Shown here one piece after another: positions 33,601 to 45,999 of a stretch of 64,000 nt of DNA; within the stretch, counting starts at the first letter, position 1; each line of letters starts with the position of its first letter. The position numbers and the translations under genes were made by a program. This DNA comes from Macrostomum lignano. Its lineage: Eukaryota. The notes beneath the pieces were generated by a model, which worked only from the letters and a program-made list of their open reading frames with translations, was not told the DNA's origin and ran no database searches. The stretch is from NCBI GenBank assembly GCA_002269645.1, contig NIVC01000495.1, positions 62,001 through 126,000 on the forward strand, read 5' to 3'.

Positions 33601-36600
33601 ACTCTAAGCTACTCTAAGCTACTCTAAGCTACTCTAAGCTACTCTAAGCTACTCTAAGCCTCTCTAAGCCTCTCTAAGCCTCTCTAAGCCTCTCTAAGCC
33701 ACTCTAAGCCTCTCTAAGCCACTCCAAGCCTCTATAGGCCATTCTAAGCCTCTCTAAGCCACTCTAAGCCTCTCTAAGCCTCTCTAAGCCTCTCTAAGCC
33801 ACTCTAAGCTACTCTAAGCTACTCTAAGCTACTCTAAGCTACTCTAAGCTACTCTAAGCTACTCTAAGCCTTTCTAAGCCTCTCTAAGACTCTCTAAGCC
33901 TTTCTAAGCCTCTCTAAGCCTTTCTAAGCCTCTCTAAGCCTCTCTAAGCCTCTCTAAGCCTCTCTAAGCCTCTCTAAGCCTCTCTAAGCCTTTCTAAGCC
34001 TCTCTAAGCTTCTCTAAGCCTTTCTAAGACTCTCTAAGACTCTCTAAGAAATATAAATCATTCTAGGCCACTCAAACGCACCCAATATATGTGCAATCCT
34101 CCTTTTTTGACGCGAATTCGAATTGAGAATAAATCGGCACTAGAAGCCCACGACAAGTGAGTATGAATTTATTATGAAGAAAAAATTTGCATAATCAATC
34201 TAGTATAAATGCTTTGCTCGGATTCCACAGCCACTGAGCCAGTCCAATGGCAGCTGCAATATGGCGCCTACCCGACCCGGTTTGCCGGGGAGGCCGCTCA
34301 CTCCCTTGCGGACAGCTGTTTTATTGATTTGCGCGAGTGGACGAGACGGCTAAGACTGCTTTAAACCCAGAGGCTAAATAGAATAGAGGGCCCGCCGATT
34401 ACCATTTTGCTGGCGGGTGGCCGGGTTGGGGGGGGGGGGGCAAGTCCCACTTTAATGGCAGATTCACTTCACCGGCTGCGTTAATTAGAGTTCTGCAGGC
34501 TGCTCACGATGTCCAGATCGGCAGATCCGGGATCTCTGCAGAATTCGCCTACCTCCCTTGGGGACTTGGGGGGAATACTGTGTAGTACTTGGGTACACTT
34601 TTTCCCTTCAATCATGATAGTTTGGAATTAGGCATCAGGATGGATCGCTATTCCCTGTCAAGGAAGCTGTCGTTGAAAAAAGCGATAAGCGGGAACGCCG
34701 CCATTCTTCCGAGCCCCTGGGTCGTCTGGTCATTCAGTCCATCCGTCATTTTCAAACTACCGAAACAGTTTTCTATGTGCTATAATGTACTATCTCTCTC
34801 GCGTGTCTACAAACTTAAATTATAAACTACTAAAAAACCGCAACCAACAGCCGTATCTCTGCATTCTGCTCAAGTGCATCTGGGAAACCACGCGAACCTC
34901 CATCTTCGCGTGGATGCTGGCCGAGGGGATTAATATTCACGATAGGATCGCGGTCACCGTGTTCCAGACCAACACCGGAATGTGGCGCAACTACCTGCTG
35001 GGATATGGTGAGTCCTACGGGTGGCTCTTGATGCTGGTCTTGATGCAGTGAGTCCTGCGGGTGGCTCCTGATGCTGCTCTGGGATGCAGTGAGTCCTGCG
35101 GGTGGCTCCTGATGCTGCTCTGGGATGCAGTGAGTCCTGGGTGGCTCCTGATGCTGTTCTTAGATGCAGTGAGTCCTCCTGGGTGGCTCCTGATGCTGGT
35201 CTTGATGCAGTGAGTCCTGCTGGTTGGCTCCTGATGCTGGTCTTGGATGCAGTGAGTCCTGGTTGGCGCCTGATGCTGGTCTTTGATGCGGTGAGTCCTG
35301 AGTGGCGCTTGATGGTGGTCCTGGATGCGGTGAGTCCTGAGTGGCGCTTGATGGTGGTCCTGGATGCGGTGAGTCCTGAGTGGCGCTTGATGGTGGTCCT
35401 GGATGCGGTGAGTCCTGAGTGGCGCCTGTGAGTCCTGAGTGGCGCTTGATGGTGGTCCTGGATGCGGTGAGTCCTGAGTGGCGCCTGTGAGTCCTGAGTG
35501 GCGCTTGATGGTGGTCCTGGATGCGGTGAGTCCTGAGTGGCGCTTGATGCTGGTCCTGGATGCGGTGCGCCACGTGTGACTCCTGGGTCCTGATGGTGCT
35601 TTTGGATGCGGTCAGTCCTGAGGGTTCTATCGGGAGCTCCGGAATGCGGTGAGTCCTAAATGATTCTCATTCGGCATCCCAGTTTCCCAGTTTGCCCTGG
35701 TGCATCCCACAGGTCTGCCCGTGGTTCCAACCATCGTCTGGTCTGGTGTTGTTCTGTGGCACAATGAGCACAACCCGAATAAGTAAGTCTAAGTGAAATA
35801 TCATCAGTTTTCGTGAGTCCAACTGCTGAAAATGTCCTCTGCGACACCCACCTCTAAACTTGACCGCAAAACTTTCAGGTGCTGGAAGGAGTCATTTTTC
35901 TCGAATTTCTACTGGATTCTGAGCGCCTGTCGAATTTTTACCTTTGCTGTGAGCTAAAAAAATGTTCAACTCTTGAAAACTTCTAACGATCCACCAATCG
36001 CTTGCAAACTGATGCCGATTGTCCTCAACTCACTCAGATCAACATTGGCTTCTTGCTCAACGTACTTCGAGTTCTGGTGATGCGTCTGCGAGAGATTCGC
36101 TCCAATGAGACCCAGCAGATGAGGTGGGTGGCCGGTGGGTAATTTTTAGTTCTGAATGGTGACAAACTGCTATTAATACTACTTATAGCGACTATAAAAC
36201 CTTTTTATAGTTACTCCTAGGCCGAACTATCTCAAACTTCGGCAAGAATTTCCATTGAAACGTTTCTAGGAAAGCGCTCCGCGCCGCCTTCCTCCTGCTG
36301 CCCCTGCTGGGCATCACCAACGTGATCTGCACGGTGCCCGACCCGGTCAAAACAGTCAACTTCATCGTCGTCACGACGCTGAAATCCTGCCTGCTGAGCT
36401 TCCAGGGCCTGTTTCTGGCACTCATGTACTGCTTCCTGGACAAGGAGGTGAGACGCGAGCTCAGTACTGGAATAGCGGTGGATCAAAGTGAGATCAAGCT
36501 GAGATTTTTATCAGATCTCAGCCAGAGGGCACAGGGTACACATGCTTAAGGAAGATAAGAAGGCTTAGCGGTCAGCAAAACAGGCATGGCTGCTTGGTTG

Positions 36601-36920
36601 CTTACTCGCTTCAGGTCAAGGTACGAGCTATATTTGTGGCCGCAACACCCACCATACTACCCCCCTCCCCCTGTTTCAATCCCATGCAGGTCCAGGCCAC
36701 CCTCAGCCGCCTGCTTGCCCGCCATCGCCTGCGCCGAAGTCGAACACCCGGAAGCGCCTGCAGCGCCGGCGGCGTTGTCGGAGGCGGCATCGGCAGCGCC
36801 GGCGGAAGCACCAGCCGACGTGGCAACGGGAAAGAGACGATCGCCGACGAAGCTGGACTCCAGCTGACTGCCACCGCCGCGATCTGTCACACGGCTGGAG
36901 TGCAGAGTCCGGCTGACTGA
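21689..36920 (+). CDS. PDFR: Class B (secretin-family) GPCR, pigment-dispersing factor receptor-like; N-terminal exon(s) not firmly located
   Basis: Ten GT-AG exons with consistent phases: 21689-21802, 23202-23365, 24691-24794, 26271-26418, 34851-35007, 35713-35782, 35879-35948, 36038-36123, 36270-36447 and 36690-36920. Hormone-receptor domain: CPAFFDGIRCW...LPC...VCHSSGRW...NYSAC. PDFR-type motifs: LRNQRTKIHRNLFLAM, PYLC, WMLAEG, VLVMRLR, KALRAAFLLLPLLGITN, SFQGLFLALMYCFL. Confidence 0.9.
22697..23155. repeat. 22-bp minisatellite AGTCATTTACCTGCCGTTTGCC, about 20 copies, intronic
   Basis: Direct reading. Confidence 0.95.
23418..24625. repeat. 24-bp minisatellite GTGATTGACAGCTGTAGCTTTGAT, about 50 copies, intronic
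   Basis: Direct reading. Confidence 0.95.
25062..26190. repeat. 57-bp minisatellite, about 20 copies, intronic
   Basis: Direct reading; gives 19-aa periodic pseudo-ORFs. Confidence 0.95.
27038..34030. repeat. 7-kb 10-bp satellite (TAAGCCTCTC) with variants TAAGCCACTC(C) and TAAGCTACTC, inside a PDFR intron
   Basis: Direct reading; about 700 units with higher-order blocks. Confidence 0.97.
35008..35657 (+). repeat. Degenerate 39-42-bp repeat whose unit contains the 5' splice site GTGAGTCC
   Basis: Starts exactly at the donor (35008); at least 15 GTGAGTCC copies. Confidence 0.9.
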
Positions 36921-37834
36921 AATTTGATGAAAAAATTCTACATTAACAGTGTCGACACTGGGATTTTGTTCTGCAAGGTCGAGGTCCAGCCTAGCGACGA
37001 GCTACTCTGCTTTTGCCGTCATTCATGCTGACACCCCGTCAAGCTAGTCAGTTCGGTGTGCTTCTAGTCGTTTCATTCTGTTGTGCGTCGCTTGGCTTAG
37101 ATCTGAGTTTGAAGGCTGTTGTAGTAGCGCCTTCAGAGAGCGCTTTTTTAGCTTGTAGTCACAATCGCTTATGAGCATGCGCCCCAGGACCACTAGAAGT
37201 TACTATCGTATAACAGCGTTAACTTCTAGCGGTTCTTGGATAAGTAATAAGCAAGTCTGCAATGAACTTTTATTGTTTTTTTTTCAATTTTCGAGTGGAA
37301 GCTTGAGGTCTGAAGACAAGCAAGGCGAGACAGTTGAATTGTGGCTGAATGCATACACGTGAATTGCAGAGCCAGCCGACCAGATTAACCTGCCGAGTGT
37401 CCCAGTTCTTAAATCGAAAGGAAATGCTAAACTAGCGGAATTTGTTGACCAAGTTTTCCAGAAGAAGTTTTCTTATCGAGGGGCCTTTTGTGATGGAACT
37501 TTCCGTTCGCATTGGCAGCCAGTCACGCCGCTGAGGTCAACGCGACAGGGCGTTTCGCTGTAACGGTTTTGATAGACATGGTGGCAGCTCGGGCACGTGA
37601 GCCGCTTTTGCCGATTCTCCCGCTATAAAAGTCTGCACTGGAAGGACAGGTTGAGGAATTAAACTGAACTTCTACGGAAACTATATTTAGAAATAAGCTG
37701 CGAGCTACTAAATCTGCACTGCATGGTACAGACAGTGGAAAGGATGGACTGCTTTTATGATTATCTTCACCATGCTTTACTGCCCGAGACAACTTTGGGG
37801 CGGAGAAGAGTACGAGTAGCCAGACTCAGAGAGG

Positions 37835-38830
37835 GATTTGATAGGCGAAGATAGGAACTTGATAGGGCAAGAGCGGGATTTGATAGGTGAAGATAGGAAT
37901 TTGATAGGGCAAGAGAGGGATTTGATAGGTGAAGATAGGAACTTGATAGGGCAAGAGAGGGATTTGATAGGGCAAAAGAGAGATTTGATATGGCAAGAGA
38001 GGGATTTGATAAGGCAAATGAGATTTGATATGGCAAGAGAGGGATTTGATAAGGCAAATGAGAGATTTGATATGGCAAGAGAGGGATTTGATAAGGCAAA
38101 TGAGAGATTTGATACGAGCGTATGGCAAGAGAGGGATTTGATAAGGCAAATGAGATTTGATATGGCAAGAGAGGGATTTGATAAGGCAAATGAGAGATTT
38201 GATATGGCAAGAGAGGGATTTGATGGGGCAAATGAGAGATTTGATATGGCAAGAGAGGGATTTGATAAGGCAAATGAGATTTGATATGGCAAGAGAGGGA
38301 TTTGATAAGGCAAATGAGAGATTTGATATGGCAAGAGAGGGATTTGATAAGGCAAATGAGAGATTTGATATGGCAAGAGAGGGATTTGATGGGGCAAATG
38401 AGAGATTTGATATGGCAAGAGAGGGATTTGATAAGGCAAATGAGATTTGATATGGCAAGAGAGGGATTTGATAAGGCAAATGAGAGATTTGATATGGCAA
38501 GAGAGGGATTTGATAAGGCAAATGAGAGATTTGATATGGCAAGAGAGGGATTTGATAAGGCAAATGAGATTTGATATGGCAAGAGGGATTTGATAAGGCA
38601 AATGAGAGATTTGATATGGCAAGAGAGGGATTTGATAAGGCAAATGAGAGATTTGATATGGCAAGAGAGGGATTTGATAAGGCAAATGAGAGATTTGATA
38701 TGGCAAGAGAGGGATTTGATGGGGCAAATGAGAGATTTGATATGGCAAGAGAGGGATTTGATAGGGCAAGAGAGGGATTTGATAGGGCAAATGAGAGATT
38801 TGATAGGGCAAGATAGGAACTTGATAGGTG
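37835..38830. repeat. 21/42-bp minisatellite GATTTGATATGGCAAGAGAGG-GATTTGATAAGGCAAATGAGA
   Basis: Direct reading; two alternating 21-mers. Confidence 0.95.
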
Positions 38831-40012
38831 AAGAGAGTTTTGATTTACTGTAAGCGCCTCATACGTAAATGGTTTCCAGTAAAGTTTTTAATCAAAACTT
38901 TAAAACTAATTGTGACAAATTCTAAAGCCCCATCTCAATGTGCAATCTCTCAATAGAAGTAGTGATTGAAAATTGGGACTCAGCAGGTTCAAAGCTAAAA
39001 CTCAAAACCACTGGTCACCGAGAAATGTCAGTAAATAAAATTCGAAGATCGGCACTTTCAGACAAGTAAAGCAAGAGAGTAATATTCGATCAGATATATT
39101 TAAGTTTCTCTGCTCCATAGCACGATAGAACGCGTTACAATCTACGCATGCAGCACATCGTTGAAATACAGTTAGCTATTTATATTACATTCGCACGAGC
39201 ACAATACGAATCCTGGTCTTATAGTACGCAAGAGAACAATAATTGGAAACATCTGACACATCAGGTTAAGCAGCAACTGCACAGAAGCGCCGCAGGTGGT
39301 GGCACACAGATTACAGGTTAATCGGAAACAATTAGTGCGTAGGATGATGCAACAAAATACAATGAAGTCGAGCACAGGAAATCAGGGAGTTTATATCAAC
39401 AAACATCTGCTACACTGATTTTGAAGTCGCCAAAACAAGAGAGGTGCAAGCTGTAAGCTGCGACAGTAACATACATGGCGTTAATGAATTAAAGAGTTAA
39501 TCACGCAATGCTTCGAATGCTTCGTCTGGAGACCGACACTCCGCATCCAGATTTCTCCCTATCCTAGCAATCTTGCTTTCACATCAAATCTCGCTCTGCT
39601 ACAGTGTAGTGCGACTCCATTCTAAACATTCGACTAAAATATAAACTCATAGAAAAACACGCATACATCTATAAATATTGCTCTGTGCGCGCCAGTGCTA
39701 CTAAGAGAAGTACATACGAGTAGTACGTGCGAGAGTACAGCTAAAGCAATCGTTCGAGCGCTGGCTGAAATGCACGGCCAAGGCTGGACGCGATACGCGC
39801 CTGGCCGCCAGCGGGCGGACCAGACATACGGGGGGCTCACAACGCAGAGCAGATCGCAATAAGTGGTATTAATAGTATCGTCTGAGATCAGCGCGGCTGG
39901 TCAGGACGGCCTCTGGCATTCGAGAGCCGCTTCGGGCATCAAGCAACGCGGCACCCACTGAATGCGGTGGAATGTCATAAAAGAAGGCCGTGGAAGCCAC
40001 CAAAGACGTGGC

Positions 40013-42848
40013 TTACTCGCTGACCAGCTCCTGCATCAGGGGCGGCACCTTGGCCAATTCCAGCGCCTTGGCCGCGTCGCTGTAGCAGGTGTCCAGCCAG
40101 CGAATCTGCACCAGCAGCAGCAGCGCCTTCTTGCTGGTGTACCTGGCCACCTGGCCGTCCAGTTTGCAGCTGCCAGCCGCAATATCGTCCAGGTAGTTCA
40201 GGTAGTTCCACTGCACCTGGCGCAGGCTGGACTTCTCGGCATCCGTGAGGGCCAGCGGAACATCCTCCTCAAGCAGGTACAGGGCCATGAGCACCACGGC
40301 TGCCAGGTGGCAGCGCTCGCGAAACAGGCGCTGCATCTCTCGATAGAAGCCGATCAATGCGTTGTACATTCGCTCCACGTCTGCTGGGGTGTACAGCGCC
40401 CGGCCGTCCGTCAGACAGCGCTTGGTGAGGCACATAAAGGTGCTGTAAACGCCATCCCTGGCCGGTATGACGGCCTCGTCCAGTACCGGCCGGCCGCTGT
40501 CCACCGAATAGACCCACGCGTCCCTGTCCGGTTCGTAGTTCAGCTGGCTGATGATTTGCAGGGCGCCGAACACTCGAAACTGGCGGGGTGGATGGGGGCG
40601 GGAGCTCCGAGATTTAGAGGGGATAGGATCCCAACGAAATCTCAAATCCCGACATTATGAAGACTTTCTCAAGTATTGATAAAAGTGTCTCTGTAGCCGG
40701 TGGCTCATACGTGTCTTTAGGATGTAACACTAGTCCTTAATGAATGTCCCGATGGCGAGCATGGCCAAATCCTGTCCAGACTTGTCCCGCCACAAAAGCT
40801 ACAGAGCCAAAAGGCACCCAGCCTCACCTTGACGATGCGGCCAAGCAGAGCCTTGTCCAGCTGGTCAAAGTAGGGCAGCTGCGGGATCAGGCGGATCATC
40901 TTGCGGATGGGGTTGTCCATGCAGGCGAACCCGTCCTCCAGGTACAAAATCTTCATCAGCAGGGCGCCAGCCGACTTTCTGTCCTGCGGTTCTCGGTATT
41001 CGCGGACGCAGCTGGACAGCGCGCTGAACTTCGGGCTGGCCTCGAGCTGCTTGCTGTCAGGGCTGAGCTCCGGCTCGCTGGGCGACTCTGCGGCGTCCTC
41101 CTTCTCTTCGTCATCTTCATCATCTTCGTCTGTATCGGCAAAGTCGGCGGCCTCCTCCTTTACGCGCAGCTGGTGCGGCGGCGAGGGCTGCGACTGGGAT
41201 CTGCCGGAGCCTGACGGGGCTTCGTCGCTGATGCTGCTGCGGCTGCCGCTGACGCTGGCGAGGGGCAGCGCGGCGAGCAGCTGGTTGATGTCCACGCTAG
41301 CCGGGATTCGACACCAGCGGTAACGCGGCTTCTTGAAGGTCGGCCGGGCCCGGCTACGAAGCTTCTCGTCGGCTGCACGGAGGTGGCATAGTAAGCAGAA
41401 TGGTAGGGTCAGAGTAGATAGAATAGAGAGAGAGAGTTGTCAGAATCGTGCATCAGAAAGGCTGCTTAAATCTGAATACAAATGCAGAGTTGTAGTGGTT
41501 TAAGCCAGGGGATAACAACATCCAGTTTCAATTAGAAGCTAAAATTTCCCAGTTAATCCCGGGCGGTGTGAGAGGCAGCAAAGAGTCACATTCATCGGAA
41601 GGCTTCTACTCACACAAGATGAGCTCCTTCCGCATGCCCACAGCGAAGCACTTCCTCAGCCGGCAGGCCGTGCAGGAGCGGCGGTACTCGCGCAACACGT
41701 TGCAGTTGTTGTAGTGCAGGCAGCGGATTTGCGACGGCTGCGAGACGGCGGACAGTGGGTGTTGCTAGGTGACTGATTGGCACAACAGGATTTATCAGGA
41801 TCCTCACCGTCTCCCCTCACTGTCTCCCTCACTGTCTCCCTCACCGTCTACCCTCACTGTCTCCCTCACTGTCTCCCTCACTGTCTCCCCTCACCATCTC
41901 CCTCACCGTCTCCCTCACCGTCTCCCTCACCGTCTCCCTCACCGTCTCCCTCACTGTCTCCCCTCACTGTCTCCCCTCACTGTCTCCCTCATAATCTCCC
42001 CTCACTGTCTCCCCCACTGTCTCCCTCACCGTCTACCCTCACCGTCTCCCTCACTGTCTCCCCTCACTGTCTCCCCTCACTGTCTCCCTCACTGTCTCCC
42101 CTCACTGTCTCCCCTCACTGTCTCCCCTCACTGTCTCCCCTCACTGTCTCCCTCACTGTCTCCCTCATAATCTTCCCTCACTGTCTCCCCCACTGTCTCC
42201 CTCACCGTCTACCCTCACCGTCTCCCTAAATGTCTCCCTCACCGTCTCCCTCACCGTCTCCCTCACTGTCTCCCCTCACTGTCTCCCCTCACTGTCTCCC
42301 CTCACTGTCTCCCCTCACTGTCTCCCTCACTGTCTCCCTCATAATCTCCCCTCACTGTCTCCCCCACTGTCTCCCTCACCGTCTCCCTCACTGTCTCCCT
42401 CACCGTCTCCCTCACTGTCTCCCCTCACTGTCTCCCTCACTGTCTCCCTCATAATCTCCCCTCACTGTCTCCCTCACTGTCTCCCTCACTGTCTCCCTCA
42501 CTGTCCCCTCACTGTCTCCCCTCACCGTCTCCCTCACTGTCTCCCCTCACCGTCTCCCTCACTGTCTCCCTCACTGTCTCCCCTCACTGCTTCCAATCGG
42601 CCCTGCCTACCTCTCGCTTGGCATTCCGCCTGAAAAAGGTTTTGCACGACTCGCACGTGGCCACGCCGAAGTTGTTGCCCGAGGCGGCCAGCTGGCAGAC
42701 CAGGCACTCGGCGTCGCCAGACAGAACCGGCTGGCGGCTTCGCCGGGCAGGCTGCTGGTGCTGGTTCTGTTGTTGGTGCTGGTACTGCTGGTGCTGGACT
42801 TGCTGTGGCCAATAGATATCATCGGTAACCTCTTCCAGTTCAACGAAG
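40013..42848 (-). CDS. HR96: Nuclear hormone receptor, HR96/NR1J-like; first coding exon not identified
   Basis: Exons 42848-42611 (ZF1: CLVCQLAASGNNFGVATCESCKTFFRRNA), 41737(alt. 41764)-41614 (ZF2: CLHYNNCNVLREYRRSCTACRLRKCFAVGMRKELIL), 41372-40828 and 40579-40013 (LBD: ...NYEPDRDAW...PPLMQELVSE). Phases 0/1/0 are consistent. The CESCK P-box and GMxKExIL motif are typical of the NR1J group. Confidence 0.8.
41805..42590. repeat. 12/13-bp minisatellite CTCACTGTCTCC(C) in the intron between the two zinc fingers
   Basis: Direct reading. Confidence 0.95.
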
Positions 42849-45800
42849 CTGAAGATTGAGTTTAATTAACAATTAGTTCAACTCTTTCTTTTTGTGCTTT
42901 TAGTGGTTACGATATTCATTATTTGCTTATTTTATTATATTTATGGTATCATTTGCACAATTATATTAACAATTACTATTAAACTACTTATAGTAGACGT
43001 GCCAATGGATTTGAAAATCAACTGTAATGTCTATAATTTCTATCAATAGTATATAAGAAAATACAATGTGGCATGATATAGCTTTTTGCTATCGGTTTGA
43101 GCTTATGGGCAGCAGGGCAGTTGACTAAATCCAGAGGGGTAGAAAGATGCACTCAAGTCTCCAGACAACTGCTGCTCCCAGTCTATGGGCCGAAAGTGTG
43201 ACTGACTGTGACTGGTGAGCAAAGACGATCTTTGGAGCTTTAACTTAGTCCTCTTGTGTCTGCTAAAGACTTACCATCGCTCTCTAACCTACAAATCAGC
43301 AACAATATGAGCTTGGAAGATGAAGATAGCGACACTAGCTATGCAAAAACGGCCCCTGCAGACGAGCCCGCAACCAAAAACATGGACAAAGATCAGTGAT
43401 AGTTGAAATGGAGCTTATAAAAACAAATTTATATAAGTCGATATTTTTATAATTACCTATTCGGATCGCTGTCCCATAGCGACATGGCTGATTTAGGGCA
43501 GTAATAATCTTATGTAACTTATAAAGTCCGGTCCAAATACAGTTTTACATGTGCCGCCGTCGCCTGCGGAATAGCTCGATGTCGAGATGGACGAGTGCGA
43601 AAATAAGAGAATCCAACGCCAGGGATAAAGAATGGCAGAGCGGGGGTCCGAAACGGGGGGTTGCCACTAGCTGGGGTGCCCGCGGCTGTCTGTCTGTATA
43701 TACATGCAGTTTGTGTGCCAAACTGGCTGGCTCAACTGGCTGGGCGGATTCGCGGGTCCGCCGGGAATGGGGGGTGGGGGGTGGGTGCGCCGCAAACAGC
43801 GGAGGCGGGGAGGCGGCGCCCAGAAAACCCACCGGCCAATGCTAGGCGGGCTGGGTAGGCGAGGCCTGCACTATACAATCGTACACACGCGCGCAAGTGA
43901 GTAATGCTGGTGAAGAGAGAAAAATAGACCTGAAATACGCGTCAGGGACGGGGCGGAACATGTGAAGGACAAACAGCGTGCATGCCCTGAACTGTCCCGC
44001 GCCCACCTCTTCCCCGCTCTCCCCTTCATCTCTCCCGCTGCAATGTACTATAAGTGCTGTTGCACTTTTAACCATGCTCCTTCCAGAGAAGCTTTCCTTC
44101 TATTTTGCATGCTTTTTAGTTTAGTCTGGCAGGCGGTTCAGTGGCGTCAGTTAAGTGAGTCTGCTTGCGGACCGATGGTGGGTGCATGGCCCCACTTGTA
44201 GAATAATAGAACTGCTGCCATTACTTTGTCTGCTTTGTACTGAGCGAAGCTCGGAGATTCTGTATGGCTTATCTCCTCGTATCAGGCGATTCTTTGTCTG
44301 TAATCCACGGCGTGTGCGACCCGAATATAACGCCTTATCTCCGACGGAGATAATGAGTTTCAGTTACCTCCGCTAGCCATGTATAGCACGGATGCTTAGA
44401 TAGCGCGGATACTTTTCACATGCGACAGATGTATGCTGAAAGGCTAGCTGGATGGGGGACAAATAATGTCAGGCGATACTGCAGTCTGCTGCGGCTGGAT
44501 TTCCCGCTAGATAGACACCTTCCCAAAAAAAGACAGGATGGGCAAAAGGGAAATCGAGGTAATAGGACTGCCGCCTTCCCATAAGAGGAGGGGCTCCCAT
44601 AGCGCGCACTTGTAGAAGGGTTGAACTTTCGCTGGGAACTGGGAAGACCCATCAAGACAGCGGACGGACTTTTATCCGTCTTCCCCTTGTTGCGGTGTTC
44701 CAGCTCTTCATTGCTACCCACGACAGGAGCAGACCCATGCAAAACATTTAAGGTTCAACAAGCCTATTCCGGGCCGGACCGACTTGGGAGCAATCGTAAG
44801 GTCAAACCGACTCCATGCACAGCTCAATGAAATTCCTAAGCTCAAAAAATCGATTAAAACTTAAGCTATAGGTTGCTCACAAAAACACGTGGCTGCATTT
44901 CTGCATCTAGGGAGTGGATCAGGATCAGGTGACAGAAAAACGGGGGAGCTGATAAGCAGATGAGGAGCAAGGAAAAACGGAACTGCCACACGTGTCGTCA
45001 TTTGGAAGATTTTCTATACATCTACTGCTGCAGCAAAAGCAGAATTTGAAAGCGATTGTCCAGTTGCTCGCCCCCCCCCCCTCCCGCAGATTCAGACAGA
45101 GCCAAACAGTTGTGACAACAATAACACGGCAAGCACTCAGCAACCCTGTCACAGTGGCAGCTCAACTGAGCACCGGACTGCAGGGGTTAGACAGGCTTGG
45201 CTGGCTGAGGTGGGTGAGCAGCCGCCCCTCATTCACTGTCTCACCCACCCGTCCTCGCAGCAGGCCAGCCAGCAACCCCAAACCCGCCCTAAACCGGATC
45301 AGGCATTTAGCAAATATAGCTCTATCCAGCGGCCCAGCCCGCCTCACTCCACTGGTCAGGTCAGGCCAAGCGAATGCAGAAACTGGCAAAATTTGTACAA
45401 CGGCCAATTATATCGGGGCAGACTCGTAGTAAGTCGGATAGAGAGGCAGATGGAGAGTCAGGGAGATGTGCGAGAGAACTGAGGAAAGAAGACCTTTGAA
45501 AGCGCAGCCGGTTTGTTGAAAGGGTCTCTTTCCAGCCGCGCCTACAACTCGCTAATCCGGGAAGAAGGCGGGTTAGCCGGATTGAACGGCCTAAGAAAAG
45601 TAGGCCGACCGGTCATTGCGACGCGCGACCTTTGCTGATTAAGGAGCCCGCAGAACACGGAGACTGTTTAACAAGAGATTGATTAGGTCTCGCGTGCCAA
45701 CAAACTTGAGTACCCTCAATTAAATTGAACTGAATAGAGTCTGAAAACTGATCTTTTCAATACGGAAAGCTTGTTGTCACGGGGCAGAGCAGCAGGCATT

Positions 45801-45999
45801 TTCCTTGAGCGACTCCAACAGGAAAATGATTGAGCAACCCAAATGAAATGTTTACGAATAAAATCTGAATTTACCGGACACATTGTACAGTCGAGAAGCT
45901 TTGTGTATAGGGAAAAATATTACTATACTCGTATGCAGGCAGTTAAGGTTCCGAAAGGTCTGGAAGCAGAGGGACATCATTGCAGTGGCGCCTGTCTGT

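Noticed and set aside
37470-37622. Minus-strand Cys-containing frame (RENRQKRLTCPSCHH...GCQCERK) after a TTTTATAG acceptor
   Set aside because: Short, with no upstream exon found and no recognisable domain.
44120-44400. tRNA-derived SINE or tRNA-like head
   Set aside because: Only a weak A-box-like motif; no B-box or cloverleaf could be built.
43545-45482. Assorted 65-145-aa ORFs upstream of the nuclear receptor
   Set aside because: They overlap on both strands, mostly use non-ATG starts and show no motifs; I could not pick the receptor's first exon among them.
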